64,000 nucleotides of DNA from a virus (Duplodnaviria; Caudoviricetes). Position numbers and translations under genes: made by a program. The stretch spans positions 1 to 64,000 of the IMG/VR virus record IMGVR_UViG_3300037424_001630. One strand, written 5' to 3'. Numbering within the stretch: position 1 is the first letter of the stretch; every line of letters begins with the position of its first letter. The notes beneath the pieces are model-generated. The model saw nothing but the letters and a program-made list of their open reading frames with translations. It was not told where the DNA came from and made no database searches. Shown piece after piece: positions 16,102-25,400 of this stretch.

Positions 16102-16188
16102 GAGGGAACCCGGGCGCGGACCCGGCCGGCGAGCGGGGAGTAAGCGCTCCTGGTCCGGCGGCCGAACGCGACCCGGGAGCTGTCCCTC
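16102..16188 (+). ncRNA. Candidate structured RNA (long rod-like hairpin) between the tRNAs
   Basis: Nested pairings gaggga/tccctc, cccgggcgcg/cgcgacccggg, ccggccgg/ctggtccgg, gagcg/cgctc. Confidence 0.4.
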
Positions 16189-16225
16189 CGCGGCGATGGT
16201 TGTGGGCTGGGGTCGCCGCCCAATC

Positions 16226-16301
16226 GGGACGGTCGTCCAATGGGACAGGACACCGGGCTGTGACCCCGGCAACGGCGGTTCGACTCCGCCCCGCCCCTCC
16301 A
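16226..16301 (+). tRNA. trnH: tRNA-His(GTG), atypical
   Basis: Cloverleaf with anticodon loop CT-GTG-AC, T-loop TTCGACT, encoded CCA; C at -1, U73 and an A4:C69 mismatch. Confidence 0.82.
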
Positions 16302-16322
16302 CTTTCACTGGAGGTCGATCGC

Positions 16323-16508
16323 ATGCTGACCCGGACGTGTAAGCCTCTGCTCTGCCGCCTCGGCCTGCACCACTTCTGCGTCGAGCTCAGGCGCACTCCC
16401 GTGTACGTGCGGGGGTGGTTCTGCACCCAGGAGCGCTACCGATACGCGAGGTACCTCGTCCAGTGCTGCAGGTGCTCGACTCAGAGCACCAGGGAGCGGT
16501 TCATCTAA
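16323..16508 (+). CDS. Small Cys/His-rich protein
   Basis: SD GGAGG; LCRLGLHHFC...CCRC. Confidence 0.45.
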   Translation: MLTRTCKPLLCRLGLHHFCVELRRTPVYVRGWFCTQERYRYARYLVQCCRCSTQSTRERFI

Positions 16509-16540
16509 CCCGGACACCCTCCGCCCCCCACTTCTCGCGG

Positions 16541-16546
16541 TATAAT
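16541..16546 (+). promoter_or_regulatory. Candidate -10 box TATAAT heading the polyprotein operon
   Basis: Perfect TATAAT in the intergenic gap 40 nt before ATG 16587; no clear -35. Confidence 0.45.
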
Positions 16547-16586
16547 GGGATGTCAATCATCCGACCGACGGGGGAGAACAAGCCTC

Positions 16587-17114
16587 ATGCCGAGCGACGG
16601 GAACGGCCGCACGCACGAGCCGAACTTGCGCGAGCTGGTCGCGCAGATCGACGGGCTCGTCAGGCTGTACGATGAGCGGGACAGGCGGTACGAGGAGCGG
16701 TTCGCGGCGCAGGGGACCGCGGTCAACGCCGCCCTCGCCGCGCTGGACAAGCAGACGACGAGCGCCTTCGCCGCGAGCAAGGACGCCATCGTCAAGGCCG
16801 AACAGGCGCAGTCCGCGTACAACCTCAGCCACAACGACCTCGCCCGGAAGATGGACGCGCAGTACAAGGACATGCTCCCTCGCGCCGAGGCCGAGAGCCG
16901 TATCAACGCCGTCATCGAGAAGGTCGAGGACGTGAGGAAGGCGGTCTACGACCTGCGCGAGTCGCGGAGCCAGATCGGCGGGCGGGACGCGCAGCGGGAG
17001 CAGACCGGCGCGTCCGCGCGCTGGCTGATCGGCATCACGGTCGCCACCCTCGTCAACCTCGTCATGGGCGCGCTTAACCTGCTCAGCCTGCTCCGCCTCG
17101 CGGGCGCGCAGTGA
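16587..17114 (+). CDS. Coiled-coil protein with C-terminal transmembrane helix
   Basis: Ala/Gln-rich helix then WLIGITVATLVNLVMGALNLLSLL. Confidence 0.6.
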   Translation: MPSDGNGRTHEPNLRELVAQIDGLVRLYDERDRRYEERFAAQGTAVNAALAALDKQTTSAFAASKDAIVKAEQAQSAYNLSHNDLARKMDAQYKDMLPRAEAESRINAVIEKVEDVRKAVYDLRESRSQIGGRDAQREQTGASARWLIGITVATLVNLVMGALNLLSLLRLAGAQ

Positions 17115-17416
17115 GGGGGACTGTGAGGAAGGGGTACCGGAGGGTCCTGAGCGTCACGCTCAAGGACTGCCGCGTGGACACGTTCCGCGCCGGCGGGTCC
17201 GGCGGGCAGAACCAGAACAAGGTCAGCTCGGGCGTGCGCGTGGTCCACGAGCCCTCCGGCGCCGTGGGCGAGGCGCGAGACACGCGCGACCAGATCCACA
17301 ACAAGCGCGCCGCCTTCCGTCGGATGGCGACGTCGCCCGAGTTCCAGGCGTGGGCGCGGGTCGAGGCCATGACGCTGCCGGAGGACATCCTCGTCGAGGT
17401 GGGGGTCGGGCCGTGA
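17111..17416 (+). CDS. RF-1 domain (GGQ) peptidyl-tRNA hydrolase, PrfH/ArfB-like
   Basis: DTFRAGGSGGQNQNKVSSGVRVVHEPSG...RDQIHNKRAAFRRM is the class I release-factor catalytic domain. Confidence 0.88.
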   Translation: MRGTVRKGYRRVLSVTLKDCRVDTFRAGGSGGQNQNKVSSGVRVVHEPSGAVGEARDTRDQIHNKRAAFRRMATSPEFQAWARVEAMTLPEDILVEVGVGP

Positions 17417-20400
17417 CATCGTTCGCCGTCCGCCTGAAGCCGCGCATGCCCCCGCGCGCGCCCGTCGCCCTGGCTTCCCGGGACAGGGTCGTCTACGAGA
17501 AGTACGCGCCGGACCAGCCTCGAGACGACCGCGGGCGCTGGACCGAGGGCGGGGGTGGGACGCTGTTTCACGGGACGTCGGCGCCAGGCTTCAGGCGCTT
17601 CCGCCCCGGCGTCGCGTACCTCGCGCCCTCCGGCGCCGAGGCGGGGATCTACGCCACGAGCCCCGTCCTCTCGAAGCCGGGCGGGGAGCCCCGCGTCCTC
17701 GAGGTCCGCGCCGCGCCCGGCCGCTCGAAGGACGTCAACGCGCGGGTCGAGGACGCGGTGATGGGCGACGAGGACGTCGACGAGGTCGTCGGGACCCTGG
17801 CGGCGACCGCGCGCTCCGAGGGGTTTCGGTACATCAGCTTCGAGCACCCCGGCGGCGGGGAGGACTACATCACGGTCCGGGTCAGTCTGTACCCGGACGA
17901 GGACCTGAGGATCCTCAGGACGCACCGCGCGGTCGAGAAGTACGACGAGTCGGAGCACCCCAGGGACGAGTCGGGGAGGTGGATCTCCGGTGGAGGAGGT
18001 GGTTCTCGCGCAGACGTCGCCGCCGCGATGAAGGCGGGCCTGCCGCACGTGGACGAGCTCGGGCCGGCCGCGAGCTACGTGCTCCCCGACGGGACCATTC
18101 TCGGGCGCACCATGGACAACCCCACTCACAGCGCCCTCGCCGCGCGCTTCATCCCAGACGAGGCGGGGTGGGGTCCCGAGGAGAAGTGGAACCCGGAGGG
18201 GGAGAACAGGGTCGTCGGGGAGATCATGCGCCGCTCCGGCGCCGTGCGAGTGGTCTACTCGAACGAGATCGCGGTGGGCGTCTCCGGTCCGTTGTCGCCG
18301 GCGCAGGCGCGTCTTTTTATCGGGGAGGCGCGCGCCGCGGGCATGCCGCTCATCGTGGACGTGTACCGAAAGGACGGCGGGACGGACGGCGAGATATTTG
18401 CGCGCCCCACGGTCGACGAGGTGAACGCCTGGATCGCTCGGCAGGTGGGCGTCAGCAAGGCGTACGACGAGTCGGAGCACCCCAGGGACGAGGACGGGAA
18501 GTGGGTTGTTGACCCCGCAGGGATAGGCGCGTCTCTGGATGAGGCGGGGCGGTCGACCGCGTCGCACGAGGCGCGAGTCTCTGCCGCTTTAGATGCCTTG
18601 CCCGCGGGGTACGAGATCAAGGCGGGCAAGCGGACGTACACCCACACGCTCGTCGGATCTGACAAGTTCTGGATCGATGACAGGGGGAAGGGCTACGCGG
18701 CTCGAGACGTGTATCTCGAGGTCGGCAGTCGGCGGCTCATCCCCCACATCGGCGCAGAGGCGCTCGGTCAGGGTGAGGTCAGCAAGGCGGTGACCCACGA
18801 CGGCGTCATGGTGGCGCTCAGGCTGCCCCCTGCAGCCGCTGGGCGCCTCGCCCTGGGCACTTCGGGGGCTGAGGCGGCCGAGGACCTCCACGTCACCCTC
18901 GTCTACCTGGGCGACTCCGACGAGCTCGACCCGAACGCCCTCGGGCGACTGCACGACGGCCTGTCGGCCCTCGCCGCGCGGACGCCACCCGTCAGCGGGC
19001 GCGTGACCGGGTACGGGCGGTTCACGAACGACGAGGAGGACGTGCTCTGGGCGGGCCTGGACGCGCCGGACCTGGCCGAGCTGCGCCACGAGGTACTCCA
19101 GGAGGCGCGGGGCGCTGGCCTCGAGCCCGCGGGGGACCACGGGTGGACGCCCCACGTCACGCTGGCGTACGTAGAGCCCGGCGCGGGGGAGGACGCGGCG
19201 CCCCCCGACGTACCCGTGACCTTCAGGTACCTCAGCGTGGTCTCCGGTGGGCGCGAGGTCGCCCTGCGGCTGGCCGGCGCCGAGGACGAGGGCGGCGCCC
19301 AGAGGGCGCTCCCTCCGGAGACGTTCAGCGAGCTCCAGAGGTCGGACTCCGGCACCTTCTACTCCGTCGAGGCGCTCGAGGAGTGGGCGCGGGGGAGGGG
19401 CGACGTGCTGGTGCGCGCCGACGTGCTGGGCCCCGCCGCCGTGGTCGTGAAGAAGGGCGCTGGCGTGAGTGTGGGCGTCGAGGGGATGGAGGAGGGCGAC
19501 GAGGCGCACCTGGAGGACCTGGTCGCCGCCATGGGGCGGATCGCGCACGACTACGTCATGAGCGGGCGGATCGTCGCCCGGAGCCTGTCGGGGCGCTGGC
19601 TCCGGCCGGACGAGTTGGGCGGCGTGCTGTCGGGTCGCGCCTTGGCGTCCCCCGTCTTCTTCCCTGACGACCTGCTGGTCATGGACGGCGACCTGACCGA
19701 CCGGCCCGCCGTCGAGCGCTGGGAGCTGCTGCGCGCCCTGGTGCCGGAGGCGGGCGGGTCCGCGGTCGTGCCCAAGCAGGTGCTCTGCGGGGCGGACCAG
19801 GACCTCGAGGCGGCCGTCGAGTCGTGTCTGGCGTGGCGCCCTAGCGAGGGGGTCGGGCTGGTCGTCTCGGGGGCGACGTGCGTCGCCGCGCGCAGCGCGT
19901 ACTCGCACGGGCTGACGGGCGACGTGGCGCGCCTGGAGCGCGAGCCCGCGGTCAAGGGGAATGCGGAGACGGGGTTCATCCTGCCCGACGGGCGCATCCG
20001 GCGGGTGAACCCGAACACCGAGGGCGACCACCAGACGGCCGCCCAGCGCATGGGGTACGAGGGTCCGGACGAGGTGCACAGCGCCCTCGCCGCCGGGCTC
20101 GTCCGGTACAGCTCGTCCCCCGAGTCCGACTGGAGCCGGCGCCCCGTGGTCGCCTTACACTTCATGGAGGGGAACGAGATCGGCAGGGCGAGCGCCGAGA
20201 GGTACGTCGAGGGTCACCAGGGCGTCTCGGCGTACTTCGTAGACACCGAGGACCCGAAGACGGGGCACATCGTGAGCTCCGGTCGGTTCACCCCCGCGAA
20301 GGCGCTCGAGCATGTCCGGCGCCCGAGCCGCACCGGCATAGTCGTGGACCGCCCCACGCCCTGGACGACGCCCCCGCGCGGGCCAGGCGCGCAGCCCCGC

Positions 20401-21579
20401 GTGCCGGCGGGGTCGCCCGAGGGCGGGCAGTGGGCTGAGAAGTACGAGGAGGGCGAGCACCCCAGGGACGAGTCGGGTAGGTGGACGGAGAGCGGCGGGG
20501 GAGCTTCGGTATCGCGGCACGCCGCGGCGGCGAAGACGGCCACTGAGTACCTCGACAGCGTGGACGCGGGCGAGGTGAAGATGGTAGACGCCCACAACGC
20601 GGCGTGGATCACCCCGGACGGGCGCCTGTACGGGAAGTTCGTGGATCACTACGAGTCGGCGGAGCACATCCTGGGTCTCCTCGGCGAGAGCAAGACCGAC
20701 AGCTGGCTCACCGAGCGCATGCTGGCGGCGACCGGCTTCATACGGTTCGGCATGACGGGTGACGAGGTGGACGTGGAGGTGGTGGGCGCGCCGACGGCGG
20801 CGCAGGTCTCCGCCCTCCAGGACGTCATCAGGAAGCACCGCCCGGAGCGGTTCGTGTACGACATATCGAGGGAAGCCACCGGGCGCGGCGCCGTAACCGG
20901 CGAGGGCTGGGGACACTTCCTCGAGGACGTCGGCGTGCGCAAGGACTACGACGAGGCGGAGCATCCCAGGGACGAGTCCGGGAGGTGGACGGGCGCCGGC
21001 GGGGGCGGGCGCATGTCGTCGCCCGTCAGGAAGGTCATGGAGGCCGCGGAGCGGAAGTACGAGAGCGCCAGCGCCGAGTACGCGTTCATAGCCGACAAGG
21101 ACGGGAACGTCCTGTTGCGGGACAAGACGTCGGGTGCTCCGAACTATGTTAGATTCACCGAGGGGGAAGTCTCCCGGATACGCAGCAGCCCCGGCGCCGT
21201 GTTCACGCATAACCACCCGGCGGGGCGGAGCCTGAGCTTGGACGATGTGCGCCTGGCGAGGAATATGCTTCTCAGTGAGATACGCGCATCCACCTCGACG
21301 TCGGTGTTCTCCATGCGCCCGGGCCCGGCCGGTTGGCCGCCGTACACCCGAGGGTTGCCGGACCCGGCGAACCCTAGCATCCGGGGGTACGACGTGGACA
21401 CGCTCATAGGGTGGTACACGGACTTCGACAAGCAGGTGTTCGACGATTTCACCGCGAGAATCAAGGCGGCGACGATGACCGTTGACGAAGCCTCCGCGAA
21501 GCACCATGATGAGGTGTGGCGGCGCCTCGTCGCCGCTCACCCGGAGCACCTGGTGTACAGCGAGGAGGACCGCTACTGA
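17413..21579 (+). CDS. Tagged polyprotein 1 (ART-like, PDG-His x3, 2H phosphoesterase, degenerate ligase, JAB-like)
   Basis: GTG 17413; five tags; TLFHGTS (ART-like); EDLHVTL/WTPHVTL (2H); ligase-like DDLLVMDG.DL...ERWELL; FTHNHPAGRSLSLDD (JAB). Confidence 0.85.
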   Translation: MTSFAVRLKPRMPPRAPVALASRDRVVYEKYAPDQPRDDRGRWTEGGGGTLFHGTSAPGFRRFRPGVAYLAPSGAEAGIYATSPVLSKPGGEPRVLEVRAAPGRSKDVNARVEDAVMGDEDVDEVVGTLAATARSEGFRYISFEHPGGGEDYITVRVSLYPDEDLRILRTHRAVEKYDESEHPRDESGRWISGGGGGSRADVAAAMKAGLPHVDELGPAASYVLPDGTILGRTMDNPTHSALAARFIPDEAGWGPEEKWNPEGENRVVGEIMRRSGAVRVVYSNEIAVGVSGPLSPAQARLFIGEARAAGMPLIVDVYRKDGGTDGEIFARPTVDEVNAWIARQVGVSKAYDESEHPRDEDGKWVVDPAGIGASLDEAGRSTASHEARVSAALDALPAGYEIKAGKRTYTHTLVGSDKFWIDDRGKGYAARDVYLEVGSRRLIPHIGAEALGQGEVSKAVTHDGVMVALRLPPAAAGRLALGTSGAEAAEDLHVTLVYLGDSDELDPNALGRLHDGLSALAARTPPVSGRVTGYGRFTNDEEDVLWAGLDAPDLAELRHEVLQEARGAGLEPAGDHGWTPHVTLAYVEPGAGEDAAPPDVPVTFRYLSVVSGGREVALRLAGAEDEGGAQRALPPETFSELQRSDSGTFYSVEALEEWARGRGDVLVRADVLGPAAVVVKKGAGVSVGVEGMEEGDEAHLEDLVAAMGRIAHDYVMSGRIVARSLSGRWLRPDELGGVLSGRALASPVFFPDDLLVMDGDLTDRPAVERWELLRALVPEAGGSAVVPKQVLCGADQDLEAAVESCLAWRPSEGVGLVVSGATCVAARSAYSHGLTGDVARLEREPAVKGNAETGFILPDGRIRRVNPNTEGDHQTAAQRMGYEGPDEVHSALAAGLVRYSSSPESDWSRRPVVALHFMEGNEIGRASAERYVEGHQGVSAYFVDTEDPKTGHIVSSGRFTPAKALEHVRRPSRTGIVVDRPTPWTTPPRGPGAQPRVPAGSPEGGQWAEKYEEGEHPRDESGRWTESGGGASVSRHAAAAKTATEYLDSVDAGEVKMVDAHNAAWITPDGRLYGKFVDHYESAEHILGLLGESKTDSWLTERMLAATGFIRFGMTGDEVDVEVVGAPTAAQVSALQDVIRKHRPERFVYDISREATGRGAVTGEGWGHFLEDVGVRKDYDEAEHPRDESGRWTGAGGGGRMSSPVRKVMEAAERKYESASAEYAFIADKDGNVLLRDKTSGAPNYVRFTEGEVSRIRSSPGAVFTHNHPAGRSLSLDDVRLARNMLLSEIRASTSTSVFSMRPGPAGWPPYTRGLPDPANPSIRGYDVDTLIGWYTDFDKQVFDDFTARIKAATMTVDEASAKHHDEVWRRLVAAHPEHLVYSEEDRY

Positions 21580-22448
21580 TGGCGCCGCAGACGGCTGACG
21601 GCGGCTGGCTGCTCGACGACCGCGAGGCGCCGCGCTATGGGCTCGGCGTCGAGAAGGCGTTCGATGAGAGCGAGCACCCTCGAGACGAGCAGGGCCAGTG
21701 GACCGAGGGCGGTCCGGCGGCGGGGGTCAAGCGCCTCAAGCTTGCCGACGACGCCGTCGCCGCTGTCGGGGGCACGCCGGGCGCGAAGATCACCGAGGAC
21801 GGCATCGAGGTCGACGTCTCCCGCTACCAGGACCCCGGGCAGTCCGGCGAGCTGTCCGTGCGCACGGGCGTCTTCTTCCTGCCTGAGCACAAGTCGCCGT
21901 GGGGGCGCCACTATACGGGGAAGCCCGCCGAGTCGGGGGGATACGGCGGCACCATGAAGATCGAGGGGCGCGTGACGCTGCGGAACCCGTTCGTGGTGCG
22001 GGCGAGCACCGGCGGGAACGCGGTGGTGAAGGCGTACGACGCGGTCGAGGGGAAGGGCGCGTATGAGAGGATGCGGACGGACGTGTTGCAGCACGCGATG
22101 CCCCGCTTGTGGGGGGAGCAAGCTCGCGGTTCGTCTGACGACCTCGAGCGGAGAGTGCGCGGCGTCCTGGAAAAGTACGGCGGCGAGCCGGGGATGGCCG
22201 CCGCGATCATCGAGCACAGCGGGAAGGGCAACCTGCACGCGTACGCGATCCAGGAGCACATCGCCGCGCACGCGCTGAGGAAGGCGGGCTACGACTCCGT
22301 GCTGGGGTACTCGAAGCACAAGGGGCAGCCGCGCCTGGCCGAGGTGTTCGACCTCACGCAGACGCACTACCCGGACCCGTTCAAGAAGGGGTGGGCGGAG
22401 AAGGCGATCGACCCGGCCGAGTGGACCGCGGAGGAGGAGATCATCTGA
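21579..22448 (+). CDS. Tagged protein 2 (ART-like domain)
   Basis: TGATG coupling; DGGWLLDD leader, one tag, then RYQ...GVFF...VTLRNPFV...LRKAGYDSV resembling polyvalent-protein ART domains. Confidence 0.7.
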   Translation: MAPQTADGGWLLDDREAPRYGLGVEKAFDESEHPRDEQGQWTEGGPAAGVKRLKLADDAVAAVGGTPGAKITEDGIEVDVSRYQDPGQSGELSVRTGVFFLPEHKSPWGRHYTGKPAESGGYGGTMKIEGRVTLRNPFVVRASTGGNAVVKAYDAVEGKGAYERMRTDVLQHAMPRLWGEQARGSSDDLERRVRGVLEKYGGEPGMAAAIIEHSGKGNLHAYAIQEHIAAHALRKAGYDSVLGYSKHKGQPRLAEVFDLTQTHYPDPFKKGWAEKAIDPAEWTAEEEII

Positions 22449-25400
22449 TGGCGCCGGCGCGCGCGACCGCGAAGGGTCGAAAGCTCGACTTCCGCACCGA
22501 GTTCCAGGGGATCCCGGTCAGCGTCGAGACGCGCCGGGGTGCGCTCCGCCACTGGCACGACCCGCTGACCGGGCGCGACGGGGCGACGAAGATGCCCCAC
22601 CACTACGGGTACATCCTCCTGACCGAGGGCGCCGACGGGGACCACGTCGACTGCTTCGTCGGCCCGGTCGAGGACGCGGCGAGCGCCTACGTCGTGCGGC
22701 AGAACGACCCGAAGACGGGGGAGTACGACGAGGACAAGGTCATGCTCGGCTTCGCCAGCGTCGCGGACGCGAAGGCGGCGTACCTGGCGTCGCGCGACGA
22801 CGGTTCGAGGGCTTTCGGCTCGATCGTCCCCATGCCGATGGAGCGGTTCAAGCAGCGTGTCCTGGAGGCCCGCGGCGGTCCCGTGAGGAAGTACGACGAG
22901 GCGGAGCACCCCAGGGACGAGCAGGGACAGTGGACCGAGTCAGGAGGCGCGTCGTCGGACGACTTCACGGACGCGAAGAGCGACATCGACGACGCGGACG
23001 GTCCGGCGCGGATACAGGCAGCGCTCTCGCACTACGGCGCGCGCCCGCTCAAGATCAGGGGCGAGGCAGTGCCGAACCTGTACGTCACATCGGACCTCGT
23101 CGTGGAGTGGAACGGCGCGGACCGCTTCGCGTCAGTGTACGAGAAGGCGGAGTGGGTCGACCGGACCGACCCCGAGGACTTCTACCCGGACTATCAAGAC
23201 CAGTTCAACGACGACTTCTGGGCGTCCGGCGGCGAGGTGTACCACGCCACCGACGAGGAGAACGCGGCGGGGATCGAGAGCGACGGCATCGAGGCGAGCA
23301 GCCGGACGCGCGGGCTCTCCAACCGCGGGGTGGGAGCCGCGGTGTTCACGACGAGTGACGTGGAGGAGACGGAGCTGGGGTCGTACGGTCCGGCCGTCTT
23401 CAAGATTGACGTAGCCGCGATGGCTCGCGACGGCGTGAAGCCGTACGCCTCACAGGAGCCCGACGTGGTGGCGTACGAGCTGAAGGGCGCCCTGGCGGCG
23501 GCCGTCGAGCTGGACGACTACTCGCCGGAGGAGCCGGAGTCGGGCATGTCGGTCCACACCGTCATTCTGGGCGGGAGCGTCCCAGCGAAGTACGTGAGCC
23601 GCCTCGAATCGGGCAAGGCGTACCACGCGAAGCGCGCGAGGTTCAACCCCAATCGGATCGTCGAGAAGTACGACGAGAGCGAGCACCCGCGGGACGAGTC
23701 GGGGAGGTGGACCGAGGGCGGAGGCGGAGGTGGGACCGCGGTCACTGACGACCCCGAGGCGAGCGCCGAGCGCTGGGCGAAGGAGCTCGGCGCGACGTGG
23801 AACGGCGTCCAGGAGGGCGCGGACGGCAAGCCGAAGTACGCGATGATGACGGAGGGGCGCACGCACTCCACCGCCGCGGTCCCGCTCGAGGGCATAACTC
23901 GCGACAAAGTCGCGACGAAGTTGCGACAGGTCCGCGAGCGCTTCGGCCTGACGGAGGAGCGAGACGTCATTGAGCGCCCCGCCGAGGAGGGCGAGGAGGG
24001 CGACGTCGTGCTCCGGGTGGGGCGGACCCACGTGTACATCGGCGACTATCCCGTTCCGGGGAGCGGGCCTGCGGCGGAAGATCCCACGCGGCCGGGCAAA
24101 GCGGCGAACGTCTCCATCGCCCGGCACAGCCCCACGCCCGATTGGATGGGGTACGACAAGGAGCCCGACCCCGTCGAGACTCGCCGCGCCCTGGTCGGGA
24201 GCGTGAAGTGGCTGCGGGAGCACGGCTACACGTACCTGACCGCGGTCGCCGTCAACCCCGGCGTTCACTCGCTCCTCGAGCGCCTGGGCGCCACGAAGGA
24301 GCCCGGCACGGGGCGCCAGTGGCTCCCGCTGTCCGCGATCCGCAAGGCGGTGTGGGACGAGGTGGAGAAGGACGTCTTCGGCACGTCCGGCACCGCCGGC
24401 ATCCTCGCGCCGGAGCAGGGCGTGTTCAGGAAGCCGCGGCGTTCGCGTCCCGCGAACAAGGCGGAGGGGATAGGCATCCCGCTGACGGTCGCCAAGTCGC
24501 AGCGGGTGGACGCCGGGTTCGTCACCGCGGACGGGACCGTGCTGCGCATGGATCCCGATATGGAACACGAGGACTTCCTCAAGTCGCTGCCCGCCGCGCA
24601 GCGTCCCGCTGGCACTCGTCCTGGGCGCGACATGATCCTCGAGGCTCATCGAGCCGGGTGGGTGCGCTGGTCCCAGTTCAGGTACGCCTCGACGCGCCCG
24701 ACGCTCATGCTGAGCTTCGCGGCGGGGAACCCCGCGGGCGCCGAGAACGCGAGGAAGTTGATCGCGCAGCGCCCCGCGATGGGGAAGTACGTCGTCGACG
24801 CCGAGGACGTCCATTCCGGGGGCGGTCCGGTGTCGTCGAGGGTGTTCGAGTCGAGTGCGGACGCTATGGTTCACGTGGTGGCCATCGGTGGTGCCGGTGG
24901 AGGCGGGGCATTCGACGAGTCGGAGCACCCTCGGGACGAGGAGGGGAAGTGGGTCGACAAGGACCGCGACGGGGACAGCTTCTCGGTCGGTCCCGGCGTC
25001 GTGGGGGGGCACCGTTTCGTGGTCGGGCGCCTCGAGGGCGGGAGGATCGTCGAGGACAAGGAGCACCCGCGGGTCAACCCCTACGAGGCGATCTTCCAGC
25101 GCCGCGGCGCCCGCGTCGGCGGCTCCGTCGAGAAGTACAGCGCGGACCAGCCTCGAGACGAGCAGGGCCAGTGGTCCGGCTCATCGAGCGCGACACGGAA
25201 CGACCCGAACGGGTGGCTGAAGCCGGCGACCGGGGATCTGCTGCAGAACGAGGGGCGCATGCACGTCGAGCACGCGCACGACCTCGGCTTTAGCGGCGGC
25301 CCCGAGATGCTGGACGAGGGGTACGTGCGCGTGACCGCGGAGCGGGACGCCTCGGGGAGTAGGCGACCTATTTTTGGGCTACACTTCCGGGACGGCAACG

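Noticed and set aside
16102-16188. SRP RNA, third tRNA or tmRNA
   Set aside because: No SRP conserved loop, no TTC arm or CCA end, too short for tmRNA
19320-19930. Active DNA ligase
   Set aside because: Catalytic KxDG lysine not found; reported only as a degenerate domain
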